In this document: piece after piece, positions 14,558-26,741 of the stretch
How the letters are laid out: every line of letters starts with the position of its first letter
How positions within the stretch are numbered: the first letter of the stretch is position 1
From: Trichinella spiralis
Lineage: Eukaryota
Assembly: GCF_000181795.1 (NCBI RefSeq)
Contig: NW_003526944.1
Location: 1,392,498 to 1,456,497 of the forward strand
Length of the DNA stretch: 64,000 bases
Direction of reading: 5' to 3'
Translations under genes and position numbers: made by a program
Notes under the pieces: model-generated
Told to the model about the DNA's origin: nothing
Seen by the model: only the letters and a program-made list of their open reading frames with translations
The model's database searches: none

Positions 14558-17500
14558 ATGGCTAGTTCTCGTGTATACATTGGCCGCTTACCATACCGTG
14601 CTCGAGAAAGAGACGTAGAAGACTTTTTCAAAGGCTACGGTCGAATTCGTGAAATTCTTCTGAAGAATGGTTTTGGATTTGTCGTAAGAATTTTTCGTTC
14701 AACGAAAGCAGTGTTATCTGAGTAACTTTGTTTAAGGAATTTGACGATCCTCGTGACGCAGATGACGCGGTTTATCATTTAAATGGACGTGAATTGTGTG
14801 GAGAGCGGTATGTCCTTTTACGTTTTTTCAGCATTTGTTGTCATTGCTGATCAGTTAACATAGGCTAATATCTGCAAGTCGAGCCGAAAATTTCTGCGTA
14901 AACTGAAAAATTTTGTTTTCATATTTTAAAAGCATACGTATCTTAGTCTATGCTTTTTAGTTTTGTAAAATTATTGCGCTTTTAGCTGTGATTGTTTCCC
15001 GTTTAATTTGATCATGAACTTAAAGTATTAAGTTTGACCTTATTCACGAGCTGACGTAATTTAATGACTAGTATTTTATAACATTTGCAATTTTATTAAT
15101 ATAATGAAGTTATGATTGTTTGTTGATTGTTAATTATGTTATTTTATTGATGATTTGTGTGCAATTTTAGCATCATTGTGGAAATGACGAAACGTCCTCC
15201 GAAGGGTCGAGATGCTTTTCGCTCGTCTTATCGTGGCTCGTACGGGAGTAGAGGCTTTTCGCCTGAACGTCGTCGACGTGATAGAGATGATAAGTAAATG
15301 AATTATTGTCCGCTGTTGTTGCTTAAATTTATAATTTTGTATTTTGTAGGCTGGATAATTTTTCTTTCGTTTCAGATACGGTCCACCGTCGCAGACTCCA
15401 TGGCGTTGCATCGTGAGCAATGTTTCAACTCGTGTTTCCTGGCAGGTAAATAAATGATAAAAAAATGATCAGTAATCATTATTTGAATTGATTAATTATG
15501 TTATTTTTGTTTGTTTGTAAATGAATAATGATCATTAATTGTTATTGTAAATGTTTAACAAGCACCTGAGAATGGCTCAGGCGAAATGTTTTCAGATTTT
15601 TTTCTCCACTGGAAATGTTTTTTCTAGCGAACCAAATTTGGCCGACAATTTTAGGTTGATGGTGAAAATTTTCTCTTTTTTTATTTTAATTTATTTGTAC
15701 TTTGTCAATCAAATACGCACGCAAGAGTGCATTTTGCTGAGGAGAATGGTTTCTTAAAAAGAGTGCGCAGTGGCGCTTTAAATTGCATAAAACGACTTCG
15801 AAATGAAAATGACGGTTAATTGTGTTTCGTTGATATAGTGCCCGGTCGGAGGTACTCGGTACCGATGCTGTGTGTAGCATGAGCACGAGGCGATTGAGCA
15901 GGGGCGTCGGGTATCACATTCATTGTTCGTTGACCACCAACCGCCTTCGACCGGTTCGCGCTTGTGCCCCTGTTGACCGTTGTTGTACATGTATGTTGCT
16001 TTGTAAAAAAAAATAAATACGAGAAGAGGTCGCTTAGGGCGATTTCTTTTTTTGGTTTGGTCGTAACGATCCCGGAGCGTCGGAGATCCGTTTGATGCGT
16101 TAATGTTCGATTAAGAGCAGGAACCGTTTTTCGATCAGCAGCCGCCACGCCTTGTTCGCTCGTGGGCAGGGTTTTTAAGAAGACTTTTTTTTCATTTTAC
16201 AACCAAGCATTGTCGTATTTTTATCTTTGTTGATCGTTTTTATAATTTCACAGGATTTGAAGGACTTTATGCGCCAGGCAGGGGAAGTCACATACGCTGA
16301 TGCGCATCGAATCAAGAAGCACGAAGGGTAAGTTATTATTTATTGTTCGTTCTGTTGTCGTTTTTGTTCAATAGACTTGTTGATTTTTTTTAAGAATTGT
16401 TTGCTTTGCATCACATTATGAATTGAAGAAAGCGATCGACATGCTAAATGGCAAAGAATTGAATGGTCGAAAGTTGGAATTGTTCGATGGCAGTCGACGG
16501 TAGGGAAGAATTGTTTACTTTTTTGCAATTTTGTTTGAAAAATTTTTCTTCTTCTTCTTCAGCTCTTCACGTTCTCGAAGTCGTTCAAGTCGTTCACGAA
16601 GGTGAAAAGTGAAAGTCAGTTGTGTGAAAATTGATTAATTTTCTTTTTCTATCAATCAGCAGTCGTAGCAGCACTAGTACAAGTGCTTCAAGTCGTAGCC
16701 GGTCTCGGTCAACTCCTCGTCGACGTCGCCGTTCACCGTCGGTGAAACGTAGCAGGAAAAGGTGTGGTATATGCAAAAAAAAAAGAATTCAGAGTGGAAA
16801 TTTTTTTTTGAATTTTGTCGGTTTTGTTTTGTTCAGCCCTGCCGATTCGGACAGTCGTAGTCGTTCGCGTTCAGCGTCGTCGTACAGAAATGAACGCGGT
16901 TCAGGCAAGCGAAAGTCGAAACGGTCAGTGTCGGACAGCCGCAGTCGGTCGAGATCGTATTCGAGTGATGGAATTCGTCGCAAGAGAAGCGTCGGCAAGA
17001 GTAGAAGAAGTCGTTCCGACGAGACGGCTAGTCGGTCGCGTTCTTCGTCGCCGGACAAACGGTCGAGGCGGAGCCCTTTGTCCAGGGGACGACGGTCGGC
17101 CAGTTCGAGCCGTTCTCGTTCGACGTCGGTCGGCGAAAGGGGCGGGGCCAAGCGTCGCAAGAAGTCGGTCGGTTCCAGATCCGGGTCTAGATCCAGATCG
17201 AGATCCAGGTCCAGGTCTAGGTCGAACGACAGTGGCTCTCGTTCACCAGTTCGGTCGGGAAGCGAATCCGGCGGACCTCAAGCAGCAGTCGACCGTCGAG
17301 CCGAACCAGGCAGAAAGCGCAAAATAGCGGCCAGAGGTTCGTCGGGGTCGGCGAGCCCGAAGCGACGGTCTTCTTCGACCGAAGAGAACAACGGTGAAAA
17401 TTTATTGTCGCGTTGTTCACCGAAGCAGAAGAAATTGAACAACGATTTCAATCATTCTTCTGAAGTTGAAGAACCTGCCAGCGGCGACGACGTTGGTGAC

Positions 17501-17844
17501 AAGAGGAGAAAGAATAAAACGAAAAAAGATCAGTCGATTGATGATGACGATGATGATAATATTCGAAATGGAAGTACGTCGAGCAAAGATGAACACGGCA
17601 GACGACGATCCACAAGTAGCAGTTTTTCAGACGACGATGCGAATAAAACCAGCGCCAGCGATTTGGACGTCGACGCCGACGAAAAGCAGCAACGCACGCG
17701 ACGAACCGGTAAATTACTTTTTTTTGTTTTTTCTTATCACCCAACGCGATGTGTTGTGACTGTAGTTGTTGTTTATTTATTTATTTATTTATTTTTCTCT
17801 CTCTAATAGGAGGATATGCCAGCGACAGTTCGCGATCTGATTGA
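14558..17844 (+). CDS. SR splicing factor of the SRSF4/5/6 (SRp75/SRp55/B52) family: two RRMs plus a long RS domain
   Basis: [69 protein letters not shown]2 signature [22 protein letters not shown]; long RS-repeat exons at 16563-17708; last exon ends ...SSRSD* at 17844. Confidence 0.93.
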
Positions 17845-18808
17845 TGAAAAACAAGCAGACGAAACAGCAAATGAATAAAATTTATATATACATACATCTA
17901 TATTTGCATTTACACATCTATTTATACTTTTATATTTAGACATATTTAATAATATTCATATTGTATTTTTTTAAATGATTTTTTCTCTCTTTTCTCTCTC
18001 TCTCTCTCCTTTTAATTTTTTCATTCTTTGTCATTTTTGTGTCCCATTTTTCAACTACAATAATCATTTGTAGTAGCATTGTTAGTTTGCGCATGGGCAA
18101 GTTGTTTTTTTGGAATAAAATTAGTAATTTTTTCAACTTTTTTTTCTTTCTTGCAATCAACAAAGCAATCTGTGTTCTTAGTTTTGATCATTTAAAAGAA
18201 AAACAAATTGCAGCTTGCATTTCTGAAGAACACGAAAAATCATCGATGAAAATTTTCAATACAAATCAATGAATGAATGAATGAATAAAAATTTAACTTA
18301 TTTCAAAGAATACTGTAATAATATTACAAATTGAAACGATGAAAAGAAGTACTGTATTGTTTGAAAAAATAAAGTTGTGAATATGGTGTATTCTGTAATG
18401 AAGAACAGTTCCATCTACTTTTGTACATTGTTCAACAGTTCTCTCGTTTGTGCAAATGTTCAAATGTGTTACTTTGTTTTTTTTTCTTATTTAAACCAAT
18501 ATTTATTTAGTTATTTTGTCGATTAATTTATCACTTGTTGTATTGCAATTTGACCAATTTCAATGAATGAAATTGCAAACGCTATTATGGAAATCAAATT
18601 AATCCCAATTGAAATCGAACTTACAGAGAAATATGTTGTCTTCGAAAAATTTTTCTTGCTCTTGATTATCTTAATTTATACGGTTCGCGCTTGCTGACGT
18701 TAGTTTAACTGTCCTTAATACGAGTGCCTGTTGCGCGTTTGTTGCGTCGGCTTCGACATTTCGCTGTGTTATTTATTTAAAAAAAAATTTCCAATTTCAA
18801 ACCTACTG

Positions 18809-21116
18809 ATGAAAATGAGTGAAATGCAAGATCCACCCTGCGATGCGATGGACAAACTTTCCCTGCAACCTCACCAGACCAATTCCAATTCTTCGTCTCC
18901 GGTAAAACTGTTCTTATTTTTTATAATTGTTCAATTTATTAATTTCTACGTTTATTAAAATTATAAGAAAAAGAAATCTTTTTTTTTTCAAATTAATTCA
19001 TTCTATAATTCTTTGCTTGTGCAGAAATTGTCAAGTGTATATAGATATTGATCTTATTATTTCATTTCAGCAGTGTTAAATTTAATAATTTAAAAGTTGT
19101 GATATTTTTGAATTAAATTCCATCTTAAATTTTGAATGCTCATTTCTTTTCACATCTCCGCGTTAGAAATGTATTGATTTGATTGTATTTGGGTTTTTCT
19201 CAATCATCTCATGCATTCCAATCATTAAATAGAATTAATTTAAATATTAGTTTGTTTCGACAAAGGGTTGAGACTTGATAGATGAGAAGAAGCATTATTT
19301 TGCTTGTAAAATTTTTCTTTCGATTGAAACATCGCTTCGCCTCGTTACGGCTCAAAAATTTGCATAATTACTAAAAACAACCTTTTTCGACTGATAATGA
19401 ATAGAATCAATTTGATTGTCGATTTAGCTGTTTAATCATGTTTATTAGGAATGTATTTTAATTTCTTTTCATAATATTTAAATGTTATTTTGTAACCAAG
19501 TCGATTTGTTCATTTTACTCGCATTTTGGGCAGTGCTGATTAGATTAAGCAAGCGTTATTAGAATCAACAGAATTTATCATTTGTAAACAAATTTTGTGT
19601 GCATAAAATTGTTCAATTATTTGGTCTTTGTTTGTGCAGTTGGAGATTTTGTATTTTCATTTTGAAATTAATTTTTTTGAAAAAATATTATTATTCAGTT
19701 TTTAACTTTCACCATTATAAAGCTGACAATGTTTTTTATTGCAATATCAGTCAGTGTTAGAGTGATGAAATAGAATTGTTCAGTTGTCGATTGCAACATC
19801 ATTCAATGACCAATGCACCATTCAACATGCCTGCCTGTGTTATGTACATCGACGAATGCTAACAATTACTATTTGTTTTTAGATATTTAAATTTGATCAG
19901 ACGATTTAAAAGTGAAAAAAATACCAAATGATCGGTTCATGATTAGCTTTAGTTCTTTCTGTATTATTGTTTTTAATACGAATGAAATATGTGCCGCTTG
20001 AAAATCAGATATTTACTGTATCGTTTTAAAAGTGTAATATTTGGATTTCTGAAGCAAAAATAAATTAATTTTTTCCCCCCGATAATTCACACCGATTTGG
20101 AGATTGTTGAATTGTTTTTCTTGTACAGTATCGTGAGATGTGAGATTTTCAGCCCTGTTCGGCATCGTCCCCGGTTCATAGTGATGCAAGCGTTGTCATG
20201 TCTCCCGTTAGTGACATGCTTGTATCACCGGCTAGGTCGGATTGTTCAATGTCTGCAGTTTCAGTTGACGTCGACTGCATCCAAGAGGGCAATTCATCCC
20301 GTCAACGGTCCATTTCCGAAGGCACTCAAGCTATCAAAGGTACAATCTGTGGTGTACTTTGATAATTCAATCAAAATGATAGCAACGAACGATTTTGTTA
20401 TTTAATATTCGAGTTCGTTCAATTATGCATAATTGTATGCATAATGTAATGCTTCAGGTATATTGAAGCATCGAACTGAACGATGTTATTCGGAATGCGA
20501 TGCCAATGATTCGTTGGATGTAGACTGCAGCAGCTGCACGTCGTTGACTAACATTAGCAGCAGTGATTCGGGCAGCGTGCCGAAGAAGACGGTTCGCTTC
20601 TGCGAGGAAATTGTCCGAGGGGTTTATTTCACGAATGTGGTCAGCAGTGGCAAAAGCAGAACTAAGAGGCTGAACCGACGTCGAAGGCTTCGACGCTCGA
20701 ACCGTGGTTTAGCCGGTGCCGGCCAATCATCCACCCCGAATATTCCTCCGGGTAGTTTGTTGTCCGGCTCGACGGTCGAAGTCGACGTCGATCTGGGGAC
20801 GGGGCACCACCAGCACCAAGTGGAACCGTCCGGTTGGCGAGCATCGACGGCGCCGGATCCTGACCAATGTCCAACGATTGAGGAAAATGCCCGCCTGGGC
20901 TCGGCGCCTTATGAAATTGGCCGACGCATTGCCAACAGTCGTTTCCGGGTGGTTCCGGTTCACTTGCCATGCACGTCTGCCAACAATGAACAAGCTGGCT
21001 CAAATCAAATAGCTGCTAACAAAAATTCACCACGAATGAACAGTCTTGACAGCGGCGTCGAAACAATGTCCTCTTCTTCTCTTGGTCCTGGAAATTGTGA
21101 TACTATGTGGCCATGA
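18809..21116 (+). CDS. Uncharacterised low-complexity protein with PP1-docking motifs (exons 18809-18901, 20153-20339, 20458-21116)
   Basis: Three exons join in phase through GT-AG introns. Translation contains RQRSISEG..IKGILKH, KKTVRF, SRFRVVPV and DSGVET. Confidence 0.75.
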
Positions 21117-21620
21117 TGTGAACATCCATTTCTATAAGGTTATTTTTATTCACCATTTATTTTGCGTATTTTTATTATGGAATATTATTACAAAATCAAT
21201 TTAATTATTGCATTTATTCGTTTTGTTTTCTTGTTTGAACTTTCCCAAATTTGTTTGCCACCAGCAATTTGGTTTTACTCTCAGTTTGCTGTTACGTTAC
21301 TTATGTTTTAGTGTTATATGTATGCATATATATATATATATACATTTATTATTTGTTATTACGGGACAGTTTTTGCCTTACAAATCAGGGCATTTTGAAT
21401 ATTTGACAAAAATAAAACGTCGCATGTTTTAATTTATTTTTATTTAAATTTATAAATGCAAAATGTACAAAAAAAAATACATCAGATGAAAGAGGACAAA
21501 TAGAGAAAAACTGTTTGTAAAGTAAAAGGCAGCTAAACCCGATTAAGTAGTGTGTTGGAAAAAGGAAAGATAAGGACAAGAAATTGAGCGATAAAATTGA
21601 TTGACTGATTGATTGATTGA

Positions 21621-24517
21621 TTAATTGTCGGTTTTTATAAATTCGATAATATCCATTACGCTGATCGTGGTGCCGGCGACGAGTCCGATCAAACCGTAAA
21701 GCGCGATCACTGTATTCAGTATCATCATGGAAATGAAATGCTTTTTCGATATGGGATTGGTGTACAAGTTGATCATGTCCAAAATTGGGGGAATAATCAA
21801 CGCCAGTGAAGCACCGGTAAGCGAACCCACCAATGAAATGATCAAACTCAACGAAGAAACCACTTCTGCGAACGTGACTAAAACAACAACAATGATGATG
21901 ATGATGATGATAAATTTAATAATATATTATTAGATTAAAAGTTTCCTATTACATGTTAAAAGGATGAACCCATATCTGGCTGCGTATTCCAATAACATTC
22001 GCTTCACTTGTTTATCTCGAAATTTTTCTTTGATAAATGTTGCAATCAAATCCATCGGTACGTAAAATTGCAGAGGATACGAAAATGCGACTGCAATTGC
22101 GATAAGAATTTTCACCGTTCGGCAGAGTCTGAAAGCATTTCTCTCATTCAATTTCTTCTGCTACTTCGTTATTATGCTAATAAATAAAAAAAACGATCGA
22201 TTCAACGAATCTAATCACTTACGGATTGTCGTACGGTAAATTCAGAGTTATACTGTCTTGTATACCGTCTCCGTAACGAATGTAACCGAAAAATCCAAAT
22301 GCTATGTAAAACAAAGTGACCACAATGCAGCTGGTATTCAAAACACCATTCCACGTAGTAAAATCAACCGGAGTTTTCATTCGATTTTCTACAGGCAATA
22401 CCTGTGCATCAAGAAATAATAATTGTGAATATTATTGACATATTGGTTTCATATTTCTCCACATTCATACCACAGTAATCGCCTCGAAAGAGAACATGAT
22501 CGTTCCAAATGCCAGCGGTAATGTATCCCAGCTTTGGAATGCTGGCAAATTTGACGAATCCGGTCGAACTTGAAAAATAAAATACAAAGTCACAGACAAG
22601 ACAACAACGTAGATAAGGTTAGCTGCGGTGGATAAAATTGTCAAATATTTCAAATAACGCAACGATCCGGCCAACAACAGCAACGGCAAAACGATCGCCA
22701 TGTAAACGTGAACTGACCAATCGCTGATAAAATCAAACCCCTTGAAAAAACCAATTGAATTGCATTTATTCACCCATTTCATATGCAAATTTTTATACTT
22801 GTTGCAAGTTGGCCGCGATGAAAGCAAAATAAGCGGCGCAAATTCCAAACTGACACAAACCAATTAACACGTTGACAATAATTCTAAATAACAAAAGTAT
22901 TTTATTTCTCTTTTTTTAATAAGAATTCATCTCAAAATTTTCTCATTGATCAAAGTATTTTATTTAAAAATAATTCAACAACAAAAAGAAAAAAATACAT
23001 CCTATTTTCCTGTACAATAATTGTGTGAAAAAAATCAAACTTGAAAACCGGTTTTATTTATAATTAACTCGTCATTTGTAACAAATGAACTTCCATTCGA
23101 TGAATAAAATCAAAAAATATATCTATTCCGATTTTGATCAACGAATAAAATATTTTGTGAATAAAGATAAATGACACCATTATTAGAATTATTGAATATT
23201 TGCTATTCTGAAAATATTTCAACTTCCGTTTATAAAATAACAATCGATAATAATAATAATAATGAATATTACTGTACAAAATTGTTGTCAAAATATTTGA
23301 CAGTTGACTTGACAAGTTCATAAACATAACTGGTATAATATATTATGAAGTTTTATTAATCATACGACTTTAATTTTTGATCAATTCGAAAAACTTGATC
23401 AAATATGACAATGACAAATTGAAAAAATTATCATAGAACTCTTCTCATTGACAATTTTTAATAGTGAAAATATACTTTTTGACGCCTTTTCAGAAAAATC
23501 TTGTCACCGTCTGACCTTTGTAAATCGAATGGCAAAAATTAACCGAACCATATGCCAATAAAATATTTATTACCCACTTGTCTTATCAAATCTGATTATT
23601 AAATGATTTTTAGATAAATCACGACCTTGAATAATCAGTCAAAATTGATTACAAAAAATCTTACTGACGTCAATATTTTGATAACTTTGCGGTTGTTTTT
23701 TTTTCTATTATTAAATTTCTCAGTAAGCTTCACTTTTGAATTCAAATTTACCTGGAAGCTTTAGCAAAGCGAGTCAGTGATTTTGGCCCGTTTGCAAATG
23801 TCAATTCGACCACTTTACCATAATCGAGTGCCACTTGCTTAGTTCTGAAAAAAATCATTTGAAAAAAATCTTTTTTTTTAATTCTTGATTGTAGATTTAC
23901 TGTAAGCAAAATTTTTGCGCTCTTCGGGCTAAGATTTGCAAACAGAAAATTGCAATGGTGTTGTTCAGTAATAAAAGCACTATGCCAGCCTGAAATTGAA
24001 AAAAAATTTACCAAAGTATGAAAGCTGTGTTTGACGAGAAAATTAATTTTTCTTTACCCAAAGTCCAGCGTTGCGAAAAGCCTGTGGCAGTGCGAAAATA
24101 CCGGTGCCGCATAAAGCTTTTATCAAACTCATCACAGCTTGATCATTACTACAATATCGATCGTTTCGATTTGGCATTTATTGCAACTGACATCTCATTA
24201 TAGCAAAAAGTTGAATGAACTTTTTGCACAAGATTTATGCTAATTTCAGAAACTTTTACCTACCTGATTGTGTTTTTTTTCTCTTTTCGTTTCAAATGTA
24301 GCCAAGATTCCAAAGTAGGAGCCGCTGTGGATGCAGGAACTTTTTGCTGCTCATTGCTTTCGATAATTTCAGTTGGTATTTCAATTTGTAATGGAGGATT
24401 GTTGGATTCGGTCGAACAAATGGAACCATCGACGCTGGGCAAATGCAACAATTCTACTCTCGACGAAACGCTCGACCATCGTTGCACTTGTGCCGGTGCT
24501 GATTTGTTGCTTGCCAT
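21621..24517 (-). CDS. Proton-coupled amino acid transporter (SLC36/PAT family)
   Basis: SLIKALCGTGIFALPQAFRNAGLW, LDYGKVVELTFANGP, QLVCVSLEFA-region TM segments, LPLAFGTIMFSFEAITV|VLPVENRMKTP, SYPLQFYVP, LIISLVGSLTGASLALIIPP. Confidence 0.92.
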
Positions 24518-25736
24518 TGGTTTTTTGAAAATTCAAAATCTGACGGTATAAAAAGTTTTGATTAAAAAATATTTTCAACAAATGAATAATTTTTCCAACA
24601 CTGGTCAATTATATACATAACAAATCGACGAGCGGTAACTAATGCGGCAGCGCCTTTAAATTATTGGTGGACATAGTTGAGCATATCGATCATAAAGCAT
24701 GACAACCAACCGACTGGTTCCTATTTGACAGACATTCAAAACAAACTATACTTCCGCTTATTCTGTCATATGCAAACAAATAGCATCATTATGAAACCAA
24801 ATTTAAATCAACTTGAAACTGGAAATAGTTCTTTTCTTAAAAACAATTAATCATTAAAGGAAGATAAATATTTTAAAAAATAAATTGTTAATTTTGCAAA
24901 AATGACTTCTATTTCCTTTGTGGAAAGGAAGGAGTGTCCAAGCTCATAATAATATTCTCTGGTTTAGTATTGGACAGTTACGTTGCCTCGGGACGTACCT
25001 GTTACTCTGCCTTATGGATAATTGTTATTTTTGAGTTTACTGATTGCATCATATGCCTGTCATCCAATGCCCGGAAGGGAAATTATTGATTGACAAAATT
25101 TTATACATGCACCACTATTGGAATCGGTCGAGAAACGGGTCGTGATGCCCCAACTCTCTTAACGCCCAGTTTTTCTGCCAACATACACTGCATATGGTAA
25201 TTCTGAATGTTGGCCGGGCATGAGATGAAGCATTCCCTTAGCCAAAGTTGGAGAAACTGGATTTCTGCTCCTTTGGCATACTTTATCTTCAAATTGTCTA
25301 TGAATAGACTGATAAATTTAGCCTTTATTCTCGATTAAACCATGATTTAAATATTCTTTTTCATATCCGTTCAATTAAGCACTGGCCATTGTTTACTTCC
25401 TATTCATTTTCAAGCAAATGCATTCTATCAGCAGAAGTAATTCTCTTTTGTTTATACTCTGTTGATGCTTTGTCAAGGTGAATTGCTGAAGAAATGTGAA
25501 AAGAAATTTAATTGTAAAAATAAACAAAATAAAATAAAGAAACTATGCAAATACATCAGTGAATAAGGCAGAAAATTATGCGGATACTAGAAACAGTCGA
25601 AGTTTGCAATGCAAACAGACAAAATGCCAGCGTCATATGATTTGTTTGTTGTTTGTTGGCTTGTTTCCTTCTAGCTGTTCAACAAACTTAGAATATTGCC
25701 AAACTATTGTTGGTCGGAAACCACTGTACTACTAAA

Positions 25737-25795
25737 CTAGCTGACTACGTACAATCCGGCTTACGTCGGATGGAACACTATGTCGCAGTGATAGA
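25737..25795 (-). mobile_element. Possible Helitron-like 3' terminus or miniature remnant
   Basis: Minus strand reads A|TCTATC...ATCCGACGTAAGCCGGAT (hairpin), 13 nt, then CTAG|T, which matches Helitron end geometry. No second copy in the window. Confidence 0.25.
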
Positions 25796-26741
25796 TGTGT
25801 AATTATGCAGTAAATTCATTCCGCCTTACAATTTTCAGCTTATTAATTCTGCCGCATAATTTTATCTTGAAAATCATTTATGACAGAAACTGTAGTTTGT
25901 AATCTGCGTGCACATTCAGTATAAGTAAATTAGCACACTTTGTTGAGTTGCAAGTTTCAAGAAGTGCACAAGTGGGAAATGCCTCATTGTTAACGTTGTA
26001 ACCATATCAATTTGTAATCACATTCAAGGAACTTGATTAAATTTTTACAAATTATGCTTCTCGTTAAGAAATCAGTAATTTGAAAAAAAATTAAATAAAA
26101 ATTTAAAAAAAAAGCATTTTTTATTTCAATGAACCTGTGTTTTATTTTATTATTATTACATTTGTTCAATATTTCATATTTAATTTTTCAGTAGATTATA
26201 TAAATTAAATATTATAATCATTTTAAATTTACCACTTTTTCATTTGTATCGAGAATAAACTATTGTTTGAACTTACTTATAGAACAGTACTTTACGGATA
26301 CTGTAACTCAATAAGTAGCAAGTGTCACATTTTTTGGGTTACTTTGGGCCTGTCGTTCTCCAACATTACTAATTTTTGAACGTGTTTTTTTGCGTAAGAT
26401 TATGATTTTTAATCAAGTTGTGATAAGTTTTATTATTTTTTCTTTGTTTTACTTGTTCTCTCAATTCTGAATAACAAGGAAAAGATTTTTATCTCATTGA
26501 AGAGCCACAATTTTGACCGTTTATAAATTTATTTAAATTGATTTATTTTGACAGTTATTTATTTTCCAGAATTTGAATTTTTTGTCCTGACATTTCATTT
26601 CCTGATCTTGAATGATAGTTTTTAAAAGCTTATTGTTTTTAAATCTGATTTAAGTTTATTTCCAGAAAATGTTGTGCTTATGGTGACAATTGTAATTTAT
26701 TATGATGATAATTTTGAAAATATTTTTAGAAGTTGTGAATA

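Noticed and set aside
16789..17759. Overlapping ORFs across the RS domain
   Set aside because: By-products of low-complexity, GC-rich Arg/Ser codons.
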